Below, in pieces: positions 47,885-56,727 of a stretch of 64,000 nt of DNA (position 1 is the stretch's first letter; every line of letters begins with the position of its first letter). The notes under the pieces are model-generated. The model was not told where the DNA came from, did no database searches, and saw only the letters and a program-made list of their open reading frames with translations. The stretch spans positions 62,001 through 126,000 of the IMG/VR virus record IMGVR_UViG_3300009181_000033. One strand, written 5' to 3'. The translations under genes were made by a program, and so were the position numbers.

Positions 47885-48078
47885 CTCGAACGGTGCAAAG
47901 TTCGCCTGAGAAAGGATATACTAGGACCATGGAACAAGATTGGGAACAAGACCTGCAGTACCTTCCCGACCCCAATGAACACGCCAAGGAATGCTGGGAG
48001 TGGTTCAGGGACGCGATCGAGACACTCGACGTCACAGAAGCGGTGCAAAGTTCAACCGAGAAGTGATAGGATAGAACC

Positions 48079-48267
48079 ATGAGCAACGACAAGTCCCACC
48101 TCCATCCCGACCTCCACGATGCCTCCCTCGAGAAGGCCTGCAAGATGGCCAATGGCCTCACCCACACGGCCCACAAGAGCCGCACCACGGTCGAGAGCGA
48201 TGCCGCCGACCTCCACTACATGCTCGAATACCTCAGACTTAACTTTGACCTCGTCCCGAAGAAGTGA
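48079..48267 (+). CDS. hypothetical protein, paralogue of 47687-47884
   Basis: Promoter at 48043. Confidence 0.7.
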   Translation: MSNDKSHLHPDLHDASLEKACKMANGLTHTAHKSRTTVESDAADLHYMLEYLRLNFDLVPKK

Positions 48268-48276
48268 GGAACAACC

Positions 48277-48483
48277 ATGAACATAACAGATGAATTTGTC
48301 ATCCACCGGGCCAAACGAACCAACTCCGGCGCCTACATCCTCCTCTGCAACCTTCCACAGAACGAAGTAACTCCCTGGGTCACCTGGTACTCGGAAGATA
48401 TCACAGGCACACACAGGATCAACGGCAACTACTTCTACTCAGATGAAGCAGCAGACGCCTTCAAGGACTTCGAGGAGAGATAA
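48277..48483 (+). CDS. hypothetical protein (PWVTW..GNYF..A.KDF.ER)
   Basis: RBS GAGGA. Confidence 0.7.
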   Translation: MNITDEFVIHRAKRTNSGAYILLCNLPQNEVTPWVTWYSEDITGTHRINGNYFYSDEAADAFKDFEER

Positions 48484-48489
48484 ACCACA

Positions 48490-48729
48490 ATGCCCCTACT
48501 ACTAGTCGCAGCCATCGCAATCGCCATCGCCTACTTCTCCCCCCGCGCCGCCAACATCATCGCAGGCCTAATCACATTCGGCTTCATCGTCCCATTCTAC
48601 ACATTCGGCGGAGGCACATTCATCTGGACCATCACCACCCTCTGCGGACTATCCATCCCATACATCATCTGCTGCTTCGGCGGACTAATCATCGGCTCCC
48701 TCCTCGCCATGGCCATCTACTCAGAATAA
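48490..48729 (+). CDS. small membrane protein
   Basis: Hydrophobic; architecture similar to 9563-9910. Confidence 0.6.
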   Translation: MPLLLVAAIAIAIAYFSPRAANIIAGLITFGFIVPFYTFGGGTFIWTITTLCGLSIPYIICCFGGLIIGSLLAMAIYSE

Positions 48730-48736
48730 ATACACC

Positions 48737-49081
48737 ATGCCCTTCCCTCCAATCGGCTCCCTCTGGCATGCAATCCCCAACTCCCAAGAAATCTTCGCCT
48801 ACCCAATCGGCCCATCATCCAACATCACCACCATCAGAAATCACCACACCATCCTCGTACTAAAACACCCCGACCCTCGCCACACCACAAACTCATCCCC
48901 CAATAACCCAAAAGGCCTCATCAACGTAATCGTCTTCCCCGAAACACTCCACGCCACCATCTTCTCCTCCAACTTCCACAACACCCTATCCCCAATCGCC
49001 GGAGAAAACAAAAGCACCCCCACACTCCCCCAGGACAACCAACCCAAAACCGAGACTACTTTTCCCCCAGGGAGAGACTAA
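48737..49081 (+). CDS. hypothetical protein in a C/A-skewed zone
   Basis: PIGSLW start like other SH3-type ORFs. Confidence 0.45.
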   Translation: MPFPPIGSLWHAIPNSQEIFAYPIGPSSNITTIRNHHTILVLKHPDPRHTTNSSPNNPKGLINVIVFPETLHATIFSSNFHNTLSPIAGENKSTPTLPQDNQPKTETTFPPGRD

Positions 49082-49530
49082 CCAAATATCACCCAAAATG
49101 CCCAACACCACACCCACACGCCGTGAGGGCACTTTACCCAACAGAGACTACAATTCCCCCAGGGAGAGACCAACACACCCCACAACCAACACCCCACAAT
49201 GCCCCCACAACACAAGAAAGCATACCCACCAAAAGAACTACTTCTCCCCCAAGGAGAACACAACAACACACACAACACCTAACAAAAAAGGCGCCCAGGG
49301 CAGCGCAAACCGCATAATGAGTTTTTCGAGGAAAAAAACGCATTTTTTTCACTTTTTTTTGGGACTTAGTCATCGCCGGCCCGATAGTGCGCTTTTTGCC
49401 ACCCTGGGCGCAATTGTCTCCTGCTAGCCTCGTCTCCGGGGCGCTCCAGGCGTGTATGCACGTGCACGCTTGTGGGGGCCGTGGGAGGGCATTTGTGGGT
49501 TAGTTGAGTTTCCCGGGGATTTTGTTGGTG
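49050..49530. other. strand-skew switch site 2; candidate terminus or origin
   Basis: Three ACTAC..TCCCCCA(G/A)GGAGA direct repeats, GC palindromes, inverted motifs shared with site 1. Confidence 0.55.
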
Positions 49531-49812
49531 GTGGTGGTGGGTTTGGGGGGGTGATATCTGTTTCGCCCATGGGTTGAGGCTAGGGACGCGTCCCAGTCTA
49601 TGGTGTTGGGGATGATGGGGTGGAGACCTGTGTCTTGGGGTTTTCTTTGTTGTTGAAGTTCTAGTGGGAGAAGTCTTCTGTGGTTTCTATGTTATGTGAT
49701 TAGGGGTGATGGTTGGGTATCTTTTGGGGGTGGGGTGTGGATGAGCGTATTAGTTGGTTTGTTTTTCGTGTTGTGGGGAGCTGGGTTTTTAAGGTTTGTC
49801 ACTCGCTGGTGG

Positions 49813-50070
49813 TTATGTGTCGTCTTTGATTTCTTGGCAGTCTTCGTCTAGTGTTGGGTAGATGAGGGCGTTGAGCATTTTGAGTAGGTCTTCTTGGAGG
49901 TCCCATTTTGAGGAGCCGGATGGGAGGTATTCTTCGGAGTAGTTGGTGATGTTGCCGTGTGTGTTGTGGAAGACTTCTCTGATGGTGAAGATGTATGAGG
50001 GAGGGTGGTTGTTGTCGCCGTCTTCTAGGGTAGACCTGATGATCCTGTATTTTGGGTGTGTTTTTTTCAT
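49813..50070 (-). CDS. hypothetical phage protein
   Basis: YRII...IREVF...G.I...DL.KML.A. Confidence 0.6.
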   Translation of the reverse strand: MKKTHPKYRIIRSTLEDGDNNHPPSYIFTIREVFHNTHGNITNYSEEYLPSGSSKWDLQEDLLKMLNALIYPTLDEDCQEIKDDT

Positions 50071-50133
50071 TGGTGTGTTTGAATTAGAAAATCCTCCTCC
50101 CGGGGTTTTGGAAGGAGGATTGGTGTGGGTGGG

Positions 50134-51372
50134 TTAGGAGATTGTGATTTCTAGTTCGAAGCCGAGGAATTCTATGAGTGATTTCCATCCTGAGTTGGCT
50201 GTTGATTGGAGGGTGGAGATTGCGTATTCGTAGAGGGAGTTGATTTTTTGGGTTGTTTTTTCCCAGAGGGATTGTGCCCAGGAGGAGATTTTTTCCCATG
50301 TGTTGGAGAGGGCTGATTTGGCTGAGTCTTTGGCGGCTTCGATGGAGTCGAAGAATCCTTCTTTGAGGAGTGATTGGTGTTGTGAGATTATTTCTCTGTT
50401 TTCTTTTTTGAGTTTTGAGGAGACGAGTGCTTTGAATTTTTCTGCTTCGTTGAGCATTGCGCCGATGACGTCGTTCATGGAGCGTTGTCCTTTGGTGGAT
50501 TTGCGTGATTTGAACTTGACTTGGATGGAGACGTCGGAGTATTTTTTGGCGAGTGCCGTTGTGATTCTTTTTAGTTCGAATGCTTTTTGGAGGGATGATT
50601 CTTGGTCTTTTGGGTTTGTGCCGGAGATGCCTTTTTTCTTTTTGTCTCCGTAGATTGTGGTGGCGCCTGCTGTGGTGAGGAGCCAGTCTGCATGTCCTTG
50701 TGATTCTTTGCCGAACTTCATGAGTCCGCTCATGGATTCGAAGACGAAGGCGTCTTTTAGTTCTGGGTTGGATTCTGGGTCGAGGATGCTGTCGAGTTCT
50801 GTTTGGATTTCTTCTTGGATTTTTTCTTGTTGGATGAGTTGTTTTTCTTCTTTGGTTTTCCCGCCGGCGGCGTAGCCTGAGCTCTTTCTGATTTCGGAGA
50901 CGTCCATTGAGTATTCGACTCCGCTGCGCATTTTCTTGATTTTTTCTAGGACTTCCCCTGCGTAGCCTGAGGCGTCGTAGCCTGCTATTTCGAGGGCGGC
51001 CATGTAGGTTGCCACGGCTTCTCCTCTCTCGCCCGACATGAATTGTCCTGATCCCATCTTGAGGGATATCTTTTGTCCCCCGATGATGAGGTCTGTCTTT
51101 GGTGTTGGGTTGGTTCCGCCGTTTTCCGACCAGAACTTGGAGACGGGTTGGGCGGCGGGCTTGTTGGCTTCGGGGTCTGGGATGGTGTAGCCGAGGTCCC
51201 CTTGGATTCCCTTTGCTATGGCTTTTGCGAGGGTGTTGAAGTGTTGTGGTTCTTCTCCTTTCGCTGCGTCTATGATGGCTGTTTCCAGTTGTGATGCGGC
51301 GCCTAGTTTGTCTTTGGCCAGGTTTTCTTTGAGGCAGAGCTTGACGTAATTTCTCAGGATGGTTTCGTTCAT
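50134..51372 (-). CDS. putative virion protein with possible PD-(D/E)xK-like domain
   Basis: Leader ILRNYVK..LKE; TPKTDL...ISLK; ATATTTA upstream. Confidence 0.65.
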   Translation of the reverse strand: MNETILRNYVKLCLKENLAKDKLGAASQLETAIIDAAKGEEPQHFNTLAKAIAKGIQGDLGYTIPDPEANKPAAQPVSKFWSENGGTNPTPKTDLIIGGQKISLKMGSGQFMSGERGEAVATYMAALEIAGYDASGYAGEVLEKIKKMRSGVEYSMDVSEIRKSSGYAAGGKTKEEKQLIQQEKIQEEIQTELDSILDPESNPELKDAFVFESMSGLMKFGKESQGHADWLLTTAGATTIYGDKKKKGISGTNPKDQESSLQKAFELKRITTALAKKYSDVSIQVKFKSRKSTKGQRSMNDVIGAMLNEAEKFKALVSSKLKKENREIISQHQSLLKEGFFDSIEAAKDSAKSALSNTWEKISSWAQSLWEKTTQKINSLYEYAISTLQSTANSGWKSLIEFLGFELEITIS

Positions 51373-51498
51373 GATGACATTAAATATGCCATCTTTTTTC
51401 TTTTATTCGCCCGGCCCGAAAAGATGCCATCTCGAACCTTTTCACCTGAAGTTGTTGGTTTAGCGCTGCGGCGGACTTCTTTTGCCTCCGATAATTCA

Positions 51499-51605
51499 AC
51501 ATTGAATTATATTTATACGTCGACGGAACTTTCGCGGAGTTCCGGAAAGGAAATTAGTACTATTATGCCTATAAAATTTAAGGGCGACATGACCAAGGTC
51601 GTCGC
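51499..51605 (+). repeat. 107-bp perfect inverted repeat, copy B (partner 22201-22307)
   Basis: Direct comparison. Confidence 0.92.
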
Positions 51606-54600
51606 TAAAAACAAGGGTGATATGACAAAGACAACCCTCCGTAAAAGGGTATCACAGATTTTAAGTGGAGGATCTTCGGGTTCTTCAACAAATGACATCT
51701 ACACCAAGATGCTCCTTCATTTTGACGATACCACAACATCTTCATCTTCAATATCTGCATATTATCCTTTTAGGTGCATCAAATCTTTTGATGGAACAAA
51801 GTTATATGTGGGAACCCACGGTCCGGACACGGGAAGTCAAGGAATTCACGTAATTGATGTCGCAACCAATACAAAAATAAAAACAATTTCTACAACTGGC
51901 AGTGTAATATCTCTTGTTACAAATTCAACGGGAACTAGAATTTATCGTACAAATTACGGTGTGAACAGTTCCTCGAATAGTGGTTCAACAGTTGAAGTAA
52001 TCGATACGTCAAATGATGCTGTCTTAAGTACAATTACTGTTGGATCATCAACAATGTACATTGCAATAACTCCTGATGATAAATTTCTATATGTCACAAG
52101 AGAGTACGGGGGTTTATATCGAATAGATACAGCCACGTTAACCCTAACTGATCTAGGAATTACAACAGCAAAATTTTCACCCATAATATCATCTGATGGA
52201 ACAAAGTTAATTGTAAATGATTCTACATCGGTTTATTGTTACTCAATAAATAAAACGACGGGTGGTTTGACTTTAGTGACCACATTGACAGGTTTTACTA
52301 ATCCTTTTACGTCGTGTTCAGATTCCACTAACGTATATGTTATGAATAAAACTACTTCTGGAACTGTGATACCAGTATCATGGTCAACCTTTACAAAGGG
52401 AACTGCAATAAGCGTGGGCCAGGAACCTTATGGCGGTAGCGTAAGTTCAGATGGAAAACTGTACGTTCCAAACGTTGCTGGCAATACGATTTCTGTCATT
52501 GACACTGCGACCTTGAAAGTTGTTGGTACGTTAACTGGATATACTTCGCCTCGTGATGCAATTGTTTTTGGTTCAAAGTTATTTGTTGCTAATTACACAG
52601 CGAGTGGTTCCATTTCCGTTATTGATCAAGCATCTTTCTCCGATGCAGCCCCGTCAGCAATAAAACAATTTAAGTTTGGCACCGTGACCACTTCCACCGC
52701 CCAGTCCAAGTTCGGTGGCAAGTCACTCGCCCTCGACGGCACCAACACCAACAAGCTCCAGTTTGCCAATCCAAAGACGAAGGCAATGGATTTCTCAAAT
52801 CAACCGTTCTGTGTTGAAGGTTGGTTCTACTTGAATTCACTAACAGGCAATTCATGGTTATTCGGATTTGCCAACAGTGATACAGGCGATTGGCAAGGTC
52901 TCCATGTCGAATTAGATCCCTCTAATCGATTTGCAGTTTACTTGACAACGAATGGTGCAACATGGGATTTGGGTCAACCAGGTATTTCAACAACGACAAC
53001 ACCTTCAATTAATTCTTGGTTTCACCTTGCCTTGACAAGGGAGACAGTCGGGGGCGATATAAAATTGTTCCATAACGGAACCCTGATCGGAACCAAGTCA
53101 ACAACTGCCACGCTTTACACTGGCGATTACATGCAAATTGGTAGAACCAATTATGTTAACGCCACTAGGGTTAATGGTTACGTCGATGATTTCCGTGTTG
53201 TTGTTGGTTCTTGTCCTTACTCTGCATCTGCCTTCGTTGTTCCCACGGCAGAGCTCACTGCAACCGCAGATACAAAGTTGCTCATCAAGGGATCAACCAC
53301 CATCAAGGATGAATCCTCGCTCAACCTCTACACGCAAGCACTTGGTTCTGCCGCATCCTCAACGGTTCAGTCCAAATTCGGTGGTTCTTCCATCAAGATT
53401 GCCTCTGCAACGGGTGATTACGTTAGGGTTTACAACAACACCCAACCCATCGACCTCCGCGACCGTGATTTTACTATCGAGGGTTGGTTCTATTTCAATC
53501 AAAAGAATGTTGGCTATCAACCTCTTTTGGGGATGTATACCGATGGTGACATGCAAGGATTTAACATGTGCCATGAGTCTGGTTCCGGACAAATAGTTTT
53601 TGCATATCTTGCAAATGGATCGTGGGGATCATTAAACTCTGGAGTGAATGCAGACACTGGTTCATGGCATCACATTGCTGTGACTAGATCTGGAACTTCC
53701 CTAAGATTCTTTTTTAACGGACAATTAAAGGCAACAAATACACTCGCTGCTGGTGCATCATTTGCAAGTAAAGACTATATTTTTGCGGGTTACTATCAAC
53801 ACCTGCCTGGCGGTGCAAAAACTTTCAACGGTTACATTGACGAAGTCCGCATATTGGTTGAAAAGTGTGCGTATGCTACCAACTTTACTCCTCAAACAAC
53901 ACAACATCAATTAGGTGCCAATATTGGTCTACCTAACACTGCTGCCCTCACGAATTCATTTACAAATACCACCTTGCCAGGTCTAAAGGTTTGGTACAAG
54001 GCAGACTCGATAACTGGATTGGCGGATGGTGCTTCCGTTACAAGTTGGGTTGACAGTTCAGGCAATGGAAAGAGTCTATCAGGCACAGGGGCAATCTATC
54101 AAGCAACGGGCATCAATGGTAGACCCATTGTTTACTTCAATGGTTCAGGTAATCTCACGGCAACCAATACAGGTCTCCCAACGGGTAATCCAGCAAGGAC
54201 AGTTTATACGGTTGGTTATAAGGGTGGAACTAACGCAAATCAAGAAATGTGGGGTTGGGGTGATAACTCAACCGGTCGCGTGGGTCTTTGGTGGGGCAAT
54301 AATGCTGTATGTTATGAATCCATGGGACCGACGACGGGATGGTATTCTACGGTTGTGGGGAACAAATTTATTTTAACTCATGCCCACGGCGCCGGAGAGA
54401 ACCTCACCCAAAATCCACTTTATGCAAACGGGGTTCCTACAACAATGTCAGCGACAGGAACGGCCAACATAGGCACTAGCACTATTGCTGTTGGTCACAT
54501 TCCAGGTTATACTGACGCCCTTTATTGGGTGGGTGGGTGTGCAGAAATATTGGTATTTGATAGAAAACATACTAATTCAGAGCGCCAGCAAGTTGAAGCA

Positions 54601-54633
54601 TATCTGGCAGAAAAGTATGGAATCTCCGTTTAG
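51565..54633 (+). CDS. large virion adhesin-like protein: YVTN beta-propeller, two LamG domains and a different C-terminal lectin module
   Basis: Paralogue of 19239-22241; C-terminal WYKADS...VTSWVDSSGNG...VEAYLAEKYG. Confidence 0.85.
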   Translation: MPIKFKGDMTKVVAKNKGDMTKTTLRKRVSQILSGGSSGSSTNDIYTKMLLHFDDTTTSSSSISAYYPFRCIKSFDGTKLYVGTHGPDTGSQGIHVIDVATNTKIKTISTTGSVISLVTNSTGTRIYRTNYGVNSSSNSGSTVEVIDTSNDAVLSTITVGSSTMYIAITPDDKFLYVTREYGGLYRIDTATLTLTDLGITTAKFSPIISSDGTKLIVNDSTSVYCYSINKTTGGLTLVTTLTGFTNPFTSCSDSTNVYVMNKTTSGTVIPVSWSTFTKGTAISVGQEPYGGSVSSDGKLYVPNVAGNTISVIDTATLKVVGTLTGYTSPRDAIVFGSKLFVANYTASGSISVIDQASFSDAAPSAIKQFKFGTVTTSTAQSKFGGKSLALDGTNTNKLQFANPKTKAMDFSNQPFCVEGWFYLNSLTGNSWLFGFANSDTGDWQGLHVELDPSNRFAVYLTTNGATWDLGQPGISTTTTPSINSWFHLALTRETVGGDIKLFHNGTLIGTKSTTATLYTGDYMQIGRTNYVNATRVNGYVDDFRVVVGSCPYSASAFVVPTAELTATADTKLLIKGSTTIKDESSLNLYTQALGSAASSTVQSKFGGSSIKIASATGDYVRVYNNTQPIDLRDRDFTIEGWFYFNQKNVGYQPLLGMYTDGDMQGFNMCHESGSGQIVFAYLANGSWGSLNSGVNADTGSWHHIAVTRSGTSLRFFFNGQLKATNTLAAGASFASKDYIFAGYYQHLPGGAKTFNGYIDEVRILVEKCAYATNFTPQTTQHQLGANIGLPNTAALTNSFTNTTLPGLKVWYKADSITGLADGASVTSWVDSSGNGKSLSGTGAIYQATGINGRPIVYFNGSGNLTATNTGLPTGNPARTVYTVGYKGGTNANQEMWGWGDNSTGRVGLWWGNNAVCYESMGPTTGWYSTVVGNKFILTHAHGAGENLTQNPLYANGVPTTMSATGTANIGTSTIAVGHIPGYTDALYWVGGCAEILVFDRKHTNSERQQVEAYLAEKYGISV

Positions 54634-54742
54634 CTCAAGTTGCAATGTATAATGTGGTTTTGAATGACTCACAAGTCCTCCAAAATTACAATGCGATGAA
54701 AGATCAACTTAGATTTACACTAACACTATAAGTCTAAGGCAA

Positions 54743-54794
54743 CACAAAAAACAACTTCGGTCGGATTCTCTTCGTGGGAGTCCGACCGATTTTT
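54743..54794 (+). terminator. conserved hairpin terminator
   Basis: Near-identical to 19177-19226. Confidence 0.8.
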
Positions 54795-54911
54795 ATTGCA
54801 TTGTTGAATTCGGCCACAACTTTTCTTTTTGTTCAAATTCAATATCGAATAATTTGAAATTGGTTGTTATTTATGTTTGTGGGCCTGGCGGTTCCATAGG
54901 AGGTTGAGACA

Positions 54912-55211
54912 ATGAAGGGAATTGTTGTTTTGCTCTGTGCGTTGGCTTTACTGGGTTGTGATGAAGACTGGGGGGTTGCTGGATCTGGTGGCGGGAGCGT
55001 TGACGCAGGAATCGATTCTGCCGGAAGTGGCGGGATGTCTTTGCCGCACAACTTGCCATGGGTCATATGTGGTGGCTACATTGAAAGGGAAGTCATTATA
55101 GAAGGTCAGGCGCATATCTTAGAGGAACCCGTTGATTGCAATGAACACATTGAGCCCGGCGATGACGTGATGGGAGGCTGGAGATCACCGTTCGAATCTG
55201 TGGTGAGGTGA
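54912..55211 (+). CDS. putative lipoprotein
   Basis: LLGC lipobox followed by GSGGGSVDAG. Confidence 0.65.
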   Translation: MKGIVVLLCALALLGCDEDWGVAGSGGGSVDAGIDSAGSGGMSLPHNLPWVICGGYIEREVIIEGQAHILEEPVDCNEHIEPGDDVMGGWRSPFESVVR

Positions 55212-55218
55212 CGCCAAC

Positions 55219-55629
55219 TTATTGTTCATTGACAATTTTGAAATGATAGTGCATTTCTCTCTTGATGCGAGGGACAGCTAGGAATCTCGGGATGATTTGC
55301 GGAAAATTGAAGATCTCAACCTCCACGCTGTGTGGGGAGAGTGAGAGTGTTCCTCGCACACCTTCTAGCAAGCCTCTGTCTATCCCAAAAGACATCTTTG
55401 AGCTATTCCTGTGCCAATGCATGCCATGTTTTTCAAGGCGTTTTGCAAGCGCCTCTGCTGCTGCAATTGCCTCGCTGTCACTTAAGGAGTGATCGTGGAC
55501 ATAGCGAATGTCAGGCTTGGGCTTAATTGTCGGAAGAGCATGTGGAGAGATGGCTGCAGTGGTCGGGGTTGGCGTGGGATGACATGCCGTGAGGAAGATA
55601 AAAATCGCAAGTATCGCGGCAGATCTCAT
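55219..55629 (-). CDS. PHA-granule-region family-like protein with lipoprotein signal
   Basis: LTAC lipobox; H.LS..EA...A..L...G..W...F...G.L....V.V. Confidence 0.6.
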   Translation of the reverse strand: MRSAAILAIFIFLTACHPTPTPTTAAISPHALPTIKPKPDIRYVHDHSLSDSEAIAAAEALAKRLEKHGMHWHRNSSKMSFGIDRGLLEGVRGTLSLSPHSVEVEIFNFPQIIPRFLAVPRIKREMHYHFKIVNEQ

Positions 55630-55973
55630 CTGTTGTAGTCGTCTTGTATCCTAACAATGTCGTCCTCACCAAAGTAAGTGCCTGTTTGGACTTCGATGAA
55701 GGTGAGAACGTCTGCCGGGTGATTGTTGGCAATCCTATGCTTGGCATTTGTGGGGATGTGAAAGTGCTGGTTGGGCCCGCAAGGATATTCCTGGTCTTCG
55801 AGTGTAATTGTGCCATAGCCTGAAAGAATGATCCAGTGCTCTGACCTCTTGGAGTGAGTCTGATAGGAGAGCCTCTGGCCCGGGTCGACAGTAATTAGCT
55901 TGGTGTGGTAGTTGTTTCCCTGCGAGAGGGTTTGGTAAGTCCCCCAAGGCCTTCTTGTTACTGTGCTGTTCAT
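55626..55973 (-). CDS. mannose-6-phosphate isomerase type II C-terminal cupin
   Basis: RPWG, PGQRLSYQ.H..RSEHW, IEVQTG.Y.GEDDIVR.QDDY.R. Confidence 0.92.
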   Translation of the reverse strand: MNSTVTRRPWGTYQTLSQGNNYHTKLITVDPGQRLSYQTHSKRSEHWIILSGYGTITLEDQEYPCGPNQHFHIPTNAKHRIANNHPADVLTFIEVQTGTYFGEDDIVRIQDDYNR

Positions 55974-56668
55974 GTTTCATAGTTCCTGTCGAAGAATTGT
56001 CTACCTGCTTTTCTAATGAGACCACGGAGGTACCTCTGTGAGAAGGTTTCGAGAGCACCGCCAGCACGTGAGAGTCTTGCTTGCAGGTCTTCGTGTTCTG
56101 TTTGCATTCCCGAGAGCATTCCTTTTTCCCAGCCTTCGGCTTCGTAGGCGTAGTTGAGGAAGTCTTCTTTTCGGAGTGAGCAGTCGTCTTGTGCCTCTGG
56201 AGTCTGAGGATCGTCTGCGTTGTCAAGTTTCTTCTTCCCTCGAGTGCCCTTTGAGGCCATGTTATGCCAGGCGCTTATAGCCATTGATGTCATGCTTTCT
56301 CTATCCGAGATGATGAGACCTGATGGTGACGTGGCGTATGCGCAACCGTAGACTATTTTTCCTGGACCTGCGGCCATGGCTATCTGATAGGCATCCCAAC
56401 AAGGATCGTTGGGTTTCGTGATGTTAACGTAACCAATGATGTGTGGTTCAATAAGACTTGATAATTCTTTGAGACCCAAGGTTTCTGCGTTCTCTTCGCT
56501 TGAGAAAGCATCAAGCAGAGAGTCTTCGAAGCCGGGAACGTCATAGATAACCGTGATGATAGCATGGCCGTTGTCGACAACAACGGCGCCGTATCCATCG
56601 ACTGAAGGAGTTCCGGCTTCTTTGAGGAGTCGTTTATAGATTCCCTCGAGGATAACATCGTTTTTCAT
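55970..56668 (-). CDS. putative virion protein with leader ending LLKE
   Basis: Start MKNDVILE after ATATTTA. Confidence 0.65.
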   Translation of the reverse strand: MKNDVILEGIYKRLLKEAGTPSVDGYGAVVVDNGHAIITVIYDVPGFEDSLLDAFSSEENAETLGLKELSSLIEPHIIGYVNITKPNDPCWDAYQIAMAAGPGKIVYGCAYATSPSGLIISDRESMTSMAISAWHNMASKGTRGKKKLDNADDPQTPEAQDDCSLRKEDFLNYAYEAEGWEKGMLSGMQTEHEDLQARLSRAGGALETFSQRYLRGLIRKAGRQFFDRNYET

Positions 56669-56727
56669 GTCACATAAATATGATACATTAGTAGACTTTT
56701 TATCGATATGTCGTATTGTTGTGGTGT

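Noticed and set aside
19239-54633. Diversity-generating retroelement or invertase shufflon acting on the adhesins
   Set aside because: No reverse transcriptase, adenine-specific TR/VR pair or site-specific recombinase is visible in the window.
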